64,000 bases of DNA from Thermoanaerobaculia bacterium (GTDB lineage Bacteria; Acidobacteriota; Thermoanaerobaculia; Multivoradales; Multivoraceae). How positions within the stretch are numbered: the stretch's first letter is position 1; each line of letters opens with the position of its first letter. Of the stretch, positions 40,571-48,543 are shown piece by piece. Below the pieces are notes generated by a model that saw nothing but the letters and a program-made list of their open reading frames with translations, was not told the origin of the DNA and ran no database searches. Position numbers and translations under genes: made by a program. The stretch lies in NCBI GenBank assembly GCA_963664405.1, contig OY761158.1:5216001-5280000 (forward strand). The letters are read 5' to 3'.

Positions 40571-40854
40571 GGAGGAATTTTCACAAGGTGCGTAAACGAA
40601 GAGGACTCGTAGCAAACCGGCTGGTCGAGGTCACGACCAGGACGACACAGGGGCGCTTTCTGCTCCGCCCTTCGAGAGAAGCGAATCGGATCATCCTGGG
40701 CGTTATCGGTCGGGAGGAATTTTCACAAGGTGCGTAAACGAAGAGGACTCGTAGCAAACCGGCTGGTCGAGGTCACGACCAGGACGACACAGGGGCGCTT
40801 TCTGCTCCGCCCTTCGAGAGAAGCGAATCGGATCATCCTGGGCGTTATCGGTCG
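40571..40854 (+). repeat. 142-bp exact direct duplication covering the RBS and 5' end of the transposase
   Basis: 40571-40712 equals 40713-40854 (GGAGGAATTTTCACAAGGTG...GTTATCGGTCG). Confidence 0.9.
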
Positions 40855-41665
40855 CGCTCAACGGCGCACCGGAATGAAGATATGCGGGCTCGCTGTTCTC
40901 TCGAATCACTACCACATGCTGGTCGTCCCCGAGAGTACGGAGCAGCTGAGCGACTTCATGGAGTATGTGAATGGCAACATCGCTCGCAAGTTGGGCATCC
41001 TCCACGACTGGCCTGGAAAGTTCTGGGCTCGGCGCTACAGCCACATCATCGTCTCGGATGAAGAGGAAGCTCAGATCGGGCGCCTGAAGTACCTTCTCTC
41101 TCAAGGGGGGAAAGAAGGCTTGGTCCGTCATCCAGGGGACTGGCCCGGAGTACATTGTGTGGGTCAGTTGCTTCGTGGATATCCGTACGTGTTGGGAGGA
41201 CGGTGGCAGGATCAGAGCGGGGAGTACAACGCGTGTCGGGCATCTAAGACTCTGAATTCAGAGGAGTTCCTGTTCGATGAGACAGTGCTGTTGTCGCCCC
41301 TACCTCGCCTCGAGGATTGGGGGCATAGAGACAGGGTCGAGTTGGTTCAAGTGCTATTGCGAGAGATAAACGTGGTTGTGCAGCAGCGTATTCAGGACAC
41401 AGGGAAGCTTCCGCTGGGACCGAAACGGATCCTTCGCGAGTCGCCCCACTTCCGGCCGGGGGAGTTGCGCAAGTCGCCTGCGCCGGCGTTCCACGCCGTG
41501 GCGAGGGAACACCACGAGAAGCTCCGCGAAATGTATCGGGAGTTTGTCAACGCCTACCGAGAGGCCGCGGAGCAGCTCAAACGCGGAGTGTTGGATGCGG
41601 AATTCCCGCCCGGTTGCTTCCCCCCTGGATTACCCTACCTGCCCGAGGCTCGAGCCGGACCGTAG
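40730..41665 (+). CDS. REP-associated / IS200-like tyrosine (Y1, HUH) transposase
   Basis: EVTTRT, LSNHYHML (HUH), FWARRY, LKYL and GLV..P.DWPG. C-terminal Y..F...YR.A....FPPG tail. Confidence 0.8.
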   Translation: MRKRRGLVANRLVEVTTRTTQGRFLLRPSREANRIILGVIGRAQRRTGMKICGLAVLSNHYHMLVVPESTEQLSDFMEYVNGNIARKLGILHDWPGKFWARRYSHIIVSDEEEAQIGRLKYLLSQGGKEGLVRHPGDWPGVHCVGQLLRGYPYVLGGRWQDQSGEYNACRASKTLNSEEFLFDETVLLSPLPRLEDWGHRDRVELVQVLLREINVVVQQRIQDTGKLPLGPKRILRESPHFRPGELRKSPAPAFHAVAREHHEKLREMYREFVNAYREAAEQLKRGVLDAEFPPGCFPPGLPYLPEARAGP

Positions 41666-42008
41666 TCGGGCTGGTCTGACTGCGGGACGATACAAAAAGC
41701 GATCACCGACTCGAGGTGGGGGACTACCGCCAGGGAGGGGTGCGTCGGGTGATGACGAGCTGTGGAGGAGCCGCGCGTTATCTTGTTTGTAGCAGGGGAT
41801 GAGATTTGTCGAAACTGGCGCTGAACGTACTTTCTCTTGGCGTCATGGCGGGATTTTAGGACTATTTGAGGGCGCTGCGGCTCATTTGGGCGCCCCTCTT
41901 TCGATGGGTCTCTGGTCTCTAAGTGGGTGGTACTTATGGAAGGGAGATGGGTTGCTACTATGTCGTCTCTTGGCCATGATCCATGGTTCTTGTAGTCAGG
42001 GGAGATGA

Positions 42009-42368
42009 ATGGGCGATAACGAGTTCGGCGATCGACTTCGGCTCGGGACGTATAAGGAAGATCCCGAGGTGCACTTTGGGCTTGCTGAGAAGCGAGAGAA
42101 TGCGGCGGATTGGACCGGCGTTCCAGAGCGACTGGTCAATCGACTCACGTCTCTTGGCGAGGCGTATGAGCTTCACTACCTTCCTAGGATCGATATCTAC
42201 GGCGACACGGTGTTCAAGAATGAACAGTGTAAGGCTCTCGACGCGGAATTACAGTTCGTCCGTGGGATCGTCAAGGATCCAGCGCTGGCGAAGACGGTGG
42301 ATAGGATCTCCGACCTGGTGAAGACGGCGCTTGCCCGCTCTCAGCGCTTGGTGGTCAGCGGCAATTGA
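42009..42368 (+). CDS. Hypothetical protein (119 aa)
   Basis: RBS GGAG, protein-like composition, fills the gap between the element and surE. Confidence 0.6.
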   Translation: MGDNEFGDRLRLGTYKEDPEVHFGLAEKRENAADWTGVPERLVNRLTSLGEAYELHYLPRIDIYGDTVFKNEQCKALDAELQFVRGIVKDPALAKTVDRISDLVKTALARSQRLVVSGN

Positions 42369-42428
42369 GCGCCGGCTGACTCGAGAGAGTTTCGCTGGGC
42401 GCTTCGCTGCAAGACGCGAAGTCTGAAC

Positions 42429-43304
42429 CTACTCCCGCTCGGGCGCCTGCAAACCCCAACCCTCGATCTCGGCAATGAGGTCCAGAGCCGGCGTGCTCAA
42501 GCTCAGCGGCGTGACGATGATCTCGCCACGCTGATACCAATCGAGGTCGGTCTCTCGCTCGGGTCGTCGAACTTTGTTGAACTGGACCCGCCAGAGCTGG
42601 CGCGGGTCGTCTCTTTCAACTTTGTGAAAGCCCCCGACGACTAGCTCAGGCTCGCCGAGACGCGCTACGACCAGACCCCGAGGCTTGTCGGTCGCGGATG
42701 CGGGTACGTTGATCGAGATCACGGTTCCTGCGGGCAGGCCCTTGTCGAGCCAGCCGTCCAGGACGGCAACGGTGACCTCGGCGGCGACATCGACCCGGTG
42801 AGCGCTCTTGTCTTGAGATACGGCGATGGCGGGCAGACCCAACGCCGCTGCCTCCATCGCCGCCCCTACGATGCCGATGCTGGGAGCCTCGTACCCCAAG
42901 GCAGGGCCCCGATTGATGCCCGCGATGACGGCGTCGAAAGGAGCATCCGCGCCTAGCGCCAAGATGCCGAACTGGACTGCGTCGACCGGCGTACCTTCGA
43001 CGGCATAGGCAGCTGCCGCCCCGTCGAGCTTGACTTCGCGCAGACGCAGCATGCCGGAGGGCGTGCTCTTGGATTGCCCCCCATACGAGTGCTCCTTGGC
43101 CGGGGCCACCACTACGACTTCGGCGGATTGGGACAAGTACTCGACCAGGCCGGCGAGTGCGGTCGCTTCGATCCCGTCGTCGTTGGTTACCAGGATCCGC
43201 CTCTTCTGTTGGGCGGAGAGCGCCCCCCCCCCCAAGAGACTCAGGACCAGGAAAGCCACAATGCCAACGGTCAGACTTGCCTGAGCTCTTCGTATTCGCA
43301 TCAC
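42429..43304 (-). CDS. surE: SurE-family 5'/3'-nucleotidase with N-terminal signal peptide
   Basis: ILVTNDDG, VVAPA, GTPVDAV, GINRG, AAMEA and INVP motifs. Confidence 0.8.
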   Translation of the reverse strand: MMRIRRAQASLTVGIVAFLVLSLLGGGALSAQQKRRILVTNDDGIEATALAGLVEYLSQSAEVVVVAPAKEHSYGGQSKSTPSGMLRLREVKLDGAAAAYAVEGTPVDAVQFGILALGADAPFDAVIAGINRGPALGYEAPSIGIVGAAMEAAALGLPAIAVSQDKSAHRVDVAAEVTVAVLDGWLDKGLPAGTVISINVPASATDKPRGLVVARLGEPELVVGGFHKVERDDPRQLWRVQFNKVRRPERETDLDWYQRGEIIVTPLSLSTPALDLIAEIEGWGLQAPERE

Positions 43305-43390
43305 TCCTCCCCCTCTGGGTCTAGTCTAGCGCGTTGCAAGCAGCGGAGTACCGGTTAGGGGTGGGCTCGGGTCTCGTACAATGCTGCGAC

Positions 43391-44089
43391 ATGATCGATC
43401 TGTATTTCTGGCCCACTCCCAACGGTTTCAAAATCACAATCTTCTGTGAGGAGGCCGGGGTCCCCTATAACCTCGTTCCGGTCGACATCGGTGCCGGCGA
43501 TCAGTTCGCGCCCGAATTTCTCGCCATCAGCCCCAACAACCGCATGCCTGCGATCGTCGACCCGGACGGGCCCGGCGGGGAGCCTTTGGCGCTTTTCGAG
43601 TCCGGCGCGATCCTGCTCTATCTGGCAGAAAAGCACGGCAGGTTTCTTCCGGTCGACGAGCGCCGCCGCCTGGATGTATTGCAATGGCTGATGTGGCAGA
43701 TGGGAGGCATCGGACCGATGCTTGGCCAGAACCATCACTTTCGCATCTACGCGCCGGAGCAGCTTCCCTACGCGGTAGAGCGCTATACCAGTGAAGCTCG
43801 CCGCCTCTACCGTGTCCTCGACAAGCGCCTAGAAGGGCGGGACTTCATCTGCCAGGAGTATTCGATCGCGGATATGGCCGTCTTTCCCTGGATCATGCCC
43901 TACAAACGTCAGGGCATCGTGCTCGAGGAGTACCCGAACATAAGGCGCTGGTTCGATGCCCTCAAGGTGAGACCGGCGGTGCACAAGGCGATCGAGGCAG
44001 GTCGAGAGCTACGCCGCGAGATTGCCGACGGGATGAGCGAGGAGACACGCTCCATCCTCTTCGGTCAGAAGCAATTCGAGAAGCGCTAA
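43391..44089 (+). CDS. GST family disulfide-bond oxidoreductase (YfcG/YghU-like)
   Basis: MIDLYFWPTPNG, SPNNRMPAIVD, FESGAIL and GPMLGQNHHF. Confidence 0.9.
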   Translation: MIDLYFWPTPNGFKITIFCEEAGVPYNLVPVDIGAGDQFAPEFLAISPNNRMPAIVDPDGPGGEPLALFESGAILLYLAEKHGRFLPVDERRRLDVLQWLMWQMGGIGPMLGQNHHFRIYAPEQLPYAVERYTSEARRLYRVLDKRLEGRDFICQEYSIADMAVFPWIMPYKRQGIVLEEYPNIRRWFDALKVRPAVHKAIEAGRELRREIADGMSEETRSILFGQKQFEKR

Positions 44090-45912
44090 TGAGGGCCTGG
44101 GCGGGCGAATCGGAAGGGAAGGGCTCTGCACCCCACCGGTTGAGAGCGCCGATCGCGTTCTCTCTCCTATTTGTCGGCTGCGCCGTCGGCGAAGGCGCAC
44201 CACCCCCTACGGGTATCCCTTTCATCCAGGGCAGAGCGCATCGGTCCCCTTGGGAGGGCGAGAGCGTGGGGTCGCTTCGAGGGATCGTCATCGCCGTCGA
44301 TGCGCGGCGGAGGAGCCCCGGTTTCTGGATCCAGAGTGCCACCGACGATGGTGATTCGGCGACCGCCCAGGGCCTTCGCGTGAACACCGCACAGCCTACC
44401 GATCTCGTGCTCGGAGACGAGGTCGAAGTGAGAGGCCGCATCGAAGAGATCGGGAGTCGCGGCGAGCTGTCTACAACCGCTCTCGTAGCCGCCTCGTGGT
44501 CCCGGCTCACAAGCGGGCGGCCCCTCCCTGCGCCGGTGATTCTCGGCGAGACCGGCCGTCGGATCCCGCAAGGCCACATCGACGATGACGGTCTTCGGGC
44601 CTTCGAGCCAGACGACGACGCGGCCGACTTCTTCGAGAGTCTGGAAGGAATGAGAGTCGAGATCCACGATGCTCTGGTGGTTGGAGCGACTTCGCCCTTC
44701 GGTGAGGTGGTCGTGGTTGCGGATCGAGGCGCCGAGACCGCGCCTCGGAGTTGGCGAGGCGGCGTCCTAGCTGCAAGTGGGGACACAAATCCCGAAAGAA
44801 TCGTTCTCGACTTCTCGCTCCTGCGGCAGCGTTCACAGGCCAAGGTCGGTGACGTCTATGCGGGCGCGGTCGTAGGAGTCCTCGACTATGACTTTGGGCT
44901 CTACCGCGTTCTGCTGACCTCCGATCCGCCGGAGCCACAGAAGAGTCGCGTGCGTCGAGACCGTTCCTCTCTCCGCGGTGACGCTCGTCATCTGAGCATC
45001 GCCTCCTACAACGTTCTCAACCTCGGCGCTGACGATGAGGAGCGTGTATTCCGCGGCTTGGCGCGAAGCCTCGTCGAGGATCTGGGCACTCCCGATGTCG
45101 TTGCCTTGCAGGAGATCCAGGACGCGAGCGGCGAGCGTGACGACGGCGTCGTTGCCGGCGCACCCACCTTGGCGAAGTTGACAGCAGCCATCCAGCGACT
45201 CGGAGGTCCGGCCTACGAGTACCTGCAGATTGATCCAGGCGACAAGCAAGACGGAGGCGCTCCCGGCGGCAATATCCGAGTGGCGCTACTGGTCGACCCG
45301 ACTCGCGTCGAGGTGATCAGACGGGGCCGGCCGGGTGACGAGGTCGATGTCTTGGGCGCCGCAGAACCGCGCCTCAGTGCAAGCCCCGGAAGGATCGGCC
45401 CGTCAGACCCCGCTTTCAGGCACAGTCGTAAGCCCCTCGCCGTGGAGCTACGGTTCAATGGCAGCACGCTCTTCGTCGCGAACTGCCATCTGGAGTCCAA
45501 GAGAGGCGACGACCCTCTCTTCGGCTCGGTGCAGCCTCCGGAGCGCCGCAGCGAGGCGAGGCGAAGGCTGCAGGCCGAGAGCGTCGCCAGGACGGTTCGC
45601 GAAATCCTCAGGGTCGACCCGAATGCTCGAGTCATCGTCTTGGGAGACCTGAACGAGCACGAATTCCGATCTCCTCTACTACCCTTGACCGAGGCCGGCC
45701 TCGAGAACCTGGTGCTTCGAGTGCCCTTGCCGGAGCGCTACACCTACAATTTTCGGGGGAGTTCTCAGGTGCTCGACCACATCTGGGTCAGCCCTGCTCT
45801 GGTGGCCGACGCCGAAGTCGACATCGTCCACGTCAATGCCGACTTTCCCTCCCGCGGCCGCCTCAGCGACCACGACCCGATCCTGGCGCGACTGTCGATG
45901 CCGCCGCCGTAG
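44089..45912 (+). CDS. Extracellular endonuclease/exonuclease/phosphatase (ExeM/NucH-like), probable lipoprotein
   Basis: OB-fold region (IQG...SP...GF.IQ, ESLEGM), SYNVLN, LQEIQ, GDLN, LDHI and SDHDP. FVGC lipobox-like motif. Confidence 0.85.
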   Translation: MRAWAGESEGKGSAPHRLRAPIAFSLLFVGCAVGEGAPPPTGIPFIQGRAHRSPWEGESVGSLRGIVIAVDARRRSPGFWIQSATDDGDSATAQGLRVNTAQPTDLVLGDEVEVRGRIEEIGSRGELSTTALVAASWSRLTSGRPLPAPVILGETGRRIPQGHIDDDGLRAFEPDDDAADFFESLEGMRVEIHDALVVGATSPFGEVVVVADRGAETAPRSWRGGVLAASGDTNPERIVLDFSLLRQRSQAKVGDVYAGAVVGVLDYDFGLYRVLLTSDPPEPQKSRVRRDRSSLRGDARHLSIASYNVLNLGADDEERVFRGLARSLVEDLGTPDVVALQEIQDASGERDDGVVAGAPTLAKLTAAIQRLGGPAYEYLQIDPGDKQDGGAPGGNIRVALLVDPTRVEVIRRGRPGDEVDVLGAAEPRLSASPGRIGPSDPAFRHSRKPLAVELRFNGSTLFVANCHLESKRGDDPLFGSVQPPERRSEARRRLQAESVARTVREILRVDPNARVIVLGDLNEHEFRSPLLPLTEAGLENLVLRVPLPERYTYNFRGSSQVLDHIWVSPALVADAEVDIVHVNADFPSRGRLSDHDPILARLSMPPP

Positions 45913-45935
45913 CCCCGATAGGCCGCTCGCTCGGG

Positions 45936-46841
45936 TTATCGGAAGGTTCGCGAGGTAGCCGGAATGAAGCTACCTGGCTGGCGCTTGACCAGAGTGTCGA
46001 TCGTGGTCGTGCCGTTGACGGACCCGGGACCGCTGAAGAAGGCTCCCGACAGCGAAGTGGCGACCGGCGAAGAGATCTCGACCGGCTGAACTCCAGAGGT
46101 GCCTCCGAGCACGAAACCAGGGAAGAATCCTAGCGTCGAGCCGAGTGCTTGCGGGTATCGTGCGAGCCGCCCACGCCTCCGCGGCCTCTCCTTCTTGGTC
46201 TGATCGTGGATGATCTCCAGTGCCTTGTCGATCTGGGAGTCTCGCCTCGCAAGCGCGTCGTCGGATTGACTAGCCATGGCGGTTTGGGCACGGGTACGAG
46301 CTCGCTCTTGCATTTCTTCAGAGCTGATCCACTCTCCCTGGTCTTCGACCAGTCCACGCCGCCGCATGGCTTCATCATAGGGAAGCCAACCTTCGACCCC
46401 GAGCTCGGTGTCGTAGATATAACCGAGACCCCGCATCAGCGGTGCTAGGCCTTCGGCTTCAGGGTCGAGAGTCGCGGCTGCGAGCGCCGCGCGACGCATA
46501 CCTCGTTGAAAGCCTTGGTTGGTCGCCCAGCGCGCCAGTTCGAGCCATGCCTCTACTCCCGTTGTAGGATCACTCTCGAGCTCGGCGAGACGCTCTTGAT
46601 ACTGACCCAGAACCGATTCCCCCTCGTCGATTCGCTCGACTTGGTCAAGAGAGAGGCTCATGCTGCCGATCGGCAGGTCGATGCGGAGCTGCGAGCCCTC
46701 CAGCCGAGTTTCTACCTCCTCGAAGATCTGGCCGTTGGTCAGATAGACGACATCCGCCTGAGCCGGAGCGATGGCCAGGAGGCCAAGGACGAGCCACAGT
46801 GAGACGTATGAAGGGCCGCTTCTCATAGTTCCTGGGTACAT
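45936..46841 (-). CDS. Exported hypothetical protein
   Basis: Signal peptide followed by ADVVYLTNG; start may be 46826. Confidence 0.65.
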   Translation of the reverse strand: MYPGTMRSGPSYVSLWLVLGLLAIAPAQADVVYLTNGQIFEEVETRLEGSQLRIDLPIGSMSLSLDQVERIDEGESVLGQYQERLAELESDPTTGVEAWLELARWATNQGFQRGMRRAALAAATLDPEAEGLAPLMRGLGYIYDTELGVEGWLPYDEAMRRRGLVEDQGEWISSEEMQERARTRAQTAMASQSDDALARRDSQIDKALEIIHDQTKKERPRRRGRLARYPQALGSTLGFFPGFVLGGTSGVQPVEISSPVATSLSGAFFSGPGSVNGTTTIDTLVKRQPGSFIPATSRTFR

Positions 46842-46921
46842 ATCCTATAACGAGATGCGGAAGTGGTGCATTCCGGAACCGAGAAAGAGGTCCGCCGCGC
46901 CCGTCGAGCACTCCTCTCGAT

Positions 46922-46978
46922 CTATTTGTGAGTTAGATGATAATTGTGATTGACTTAGTCACAAATAGGTTCTAGGAT
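46922..46978 (+). promoter_or_regulatory. sigma70-type promoter of cysH with overlapping palindromic operator
   Basis: TTGACT (46950-46955)-N17-TAGGAT (46973-46978). TTGTGA-N9-TCACAA (46944-46964) spans the -35. An outer IR CTATTTGTGA / TCACAAATAG is also present. Confidence 0.7.
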
Positions 46979-47004
46979 TCTTGTTCTGAGAGGTCGAGGG
47001 CACG

Positions 47005-47763
47005 ATGAGCCAAGTCGAGAATCTGAGTCTTGCTGCCGAATGTGACAAAGCCTTCTACGGGGGCAGGGGCTTCAGCGACGACTTCCGTTTTGGGCCCGAT
47101 ATGTCCACCGATGATTTCATCAGTTGGTCGTTAGATCGCTTCCAGGGCTGGAGGAAGGTTTTTGCCACTTCTTTCGGTATGGAGGGCTGCGCCCTGATCG
47201 ATATGTACGCCCGCAGTGGTGTACCGATGGAGATCGTCTACCTCGATACGATGTTCTTCTTTCCAGAGACTTATGAGCTTATTGAGCGGATGAGAGAGCG
47301 CTATCCGCACTTCAGCTTCGTCAACAAGGGTACCTCTTTGAGGGTAGCGGAGCAGGCTGAGATCCACGGCCCCGAGTTGTGGAAGACGAACCCTGACCTC
47401 TGCTGCAAGCTTCGCAAGGTCGATCCTCTAGGCGAGGTGATGAAGCGCGCTGATGTGTGGATCTCGGCCCTTCGACGTTCCCAGTCTGTTACCCGTGAGA
47501 GGCTGGAGATGGTCGAGTGGGACCCGCGCTTCGAGGTGCTCAAGTTAAATCCTCTATCATTCTGGGAGCGCGACGAGGTCTACAGTTACATCAAAGAGCG
47601 CGATGTGCCCTATAACGATCTCCACGAGCGTGGCTATCCCTCGATTGGCTGCACCCACTGCACTCGTCCTGTCGCGAACCTCGCGCCGAGTGAGTACACG
47701 CGCCTCGGCCGGTGGAGCGGTTCCGAGAAGACCGAGTGTGGTCTTCACATCGTCAGCGCCTGA
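47005..47763 (+). CDS. cysH: APS/PAPS reductase (Fe-S type)
   Basis: SFG, LDT, CC..RKV, GYPSIGCTHCT and terminal KTECGLH. Confidence 0.92.
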   Translation: MSQVENLSLAAECDKAFYGGRGFSDDFRFGPDMSTDDFISWSLDRFQGWRKVFATSFGMEGCALIDMYARSGVPMEIVYLDTMFFFPETYELIERMRERYPHFSFVNKGTSLRVAEQAEIHGPELWKTNPDLCCKLRKVDPLGEVMKRADVWISALRRSQSVTRERLEMVEWDPRFEVLKLNPLSFWERDEVYSYIKERDVPYNDLHERGYPSIGCTHCTRPVANLAPSEYTRLGRWSGSEKTECGLHIVSA

Positions 47764-47802
47764 GAACGCTACCGCGAACCCCTTCTCGGTGAGCGCTTCG
47801 GA

Positions 47803-48543
47803 GTGAGCGCCGCCGCCCTGGTGCTCGCCGCCCACGGATCTGCTCTCGACCTCGCGGCCAACACGCGAGTGGCGGACCTGGCTCGGCGGGTGGCTGGGCG
47901 ACTTGGCCTCGAAGAGTCGAGCGCCGCTTTTCACTGCGGCGAGCCCCGATTCGACGAGGTTCTGGATTGCCTCGCCGCCGACGAAGTCGTCGTCATCCCC
48001 TTCTTCACCAGCGAGGGACATTACAGCGACAAGGTGCTACCCGAGCAGCTGGCGAAGAACCATCGATATCCGGAGGTTGCCCTGAGAACGACCGTCCCGG
48101 TGGGTCTGCACCCCGAAATTGGTGTTCTCGTTTCCCACCGCTTGACGCTCCTCCGACGACGTTTCTCGCTAGGGAGCGCGAGAGTAGCGATTCTCGCTCA
48201 CGGAACGCGACGCCATTCCGGCAGCCGGCGCTCGGCAGAAGCTTTGAGTGAGCGTCTGGCCGAGAGCGAGCACGTGCCGGCGAAGGCCTTTTTCTTTGAC
48301 GAAGACCCCCTCCTCGAGGAGATCGAGGAATTCTGCCGAGGTTTCAGCGTACTGGCCGTCCCTTTCTTGATCGGCGGCGGGCGGCATACGCGAGTCGACC
48401 TCGCTCGTCGGCTCGGTTTCCCTGGCGAGGTCGGTGAAGAGCCGGTTGCGGCCGAGCGCCCCGGCGGTAGCCTGGTCCTCGATCGTGCCTTGGGCCTCGA
48501 CCCCGGCCTGGAGCGGATCCTGATCGATCTAGCGAGGAGCTGA
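47803..48543 (+). CDS. Sirohydrochlorin chelatase (CbiX/SirB family)
   Basis: Two halves, AHGS...PFF..GH and AHGT...PFL..G.H; adjacent to cysH. Confidence 0.8.
   Translation: MSAAALVLAAHGSALDLAANTRVADLARRVAGRLGLEESSAAFHCGEPRFDEVLDCLAADEVVVIPFFTSEGHYSDKVLPEQLAKNHRYPEVALRTTVPVGLHPEIGVLVSHRLTLLRRRFSLGSARVAILAHGTRRHSGSRRSAEALSERLAESEHVPAKAFFFDEDPLLEEIEEFCRGFSVLAVPFLIGGGRHTRVDLARRLGFPGEVGEEPVAAERPGGSLVLDRALGLDPGLERILIDLARS

Larger units (their letters stand above)
40468..41936. mobile_element. Y1/HUH transposase element bounded by 18-bp imperfect inverted repeats
   Basis: Left TAGGTGCCACCCACTTAG (40468-40485) and right CTAAGTGGGTGGTACTTA (41919-41936) match 16/18 as inverted repeats. Confidence 0.65.
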
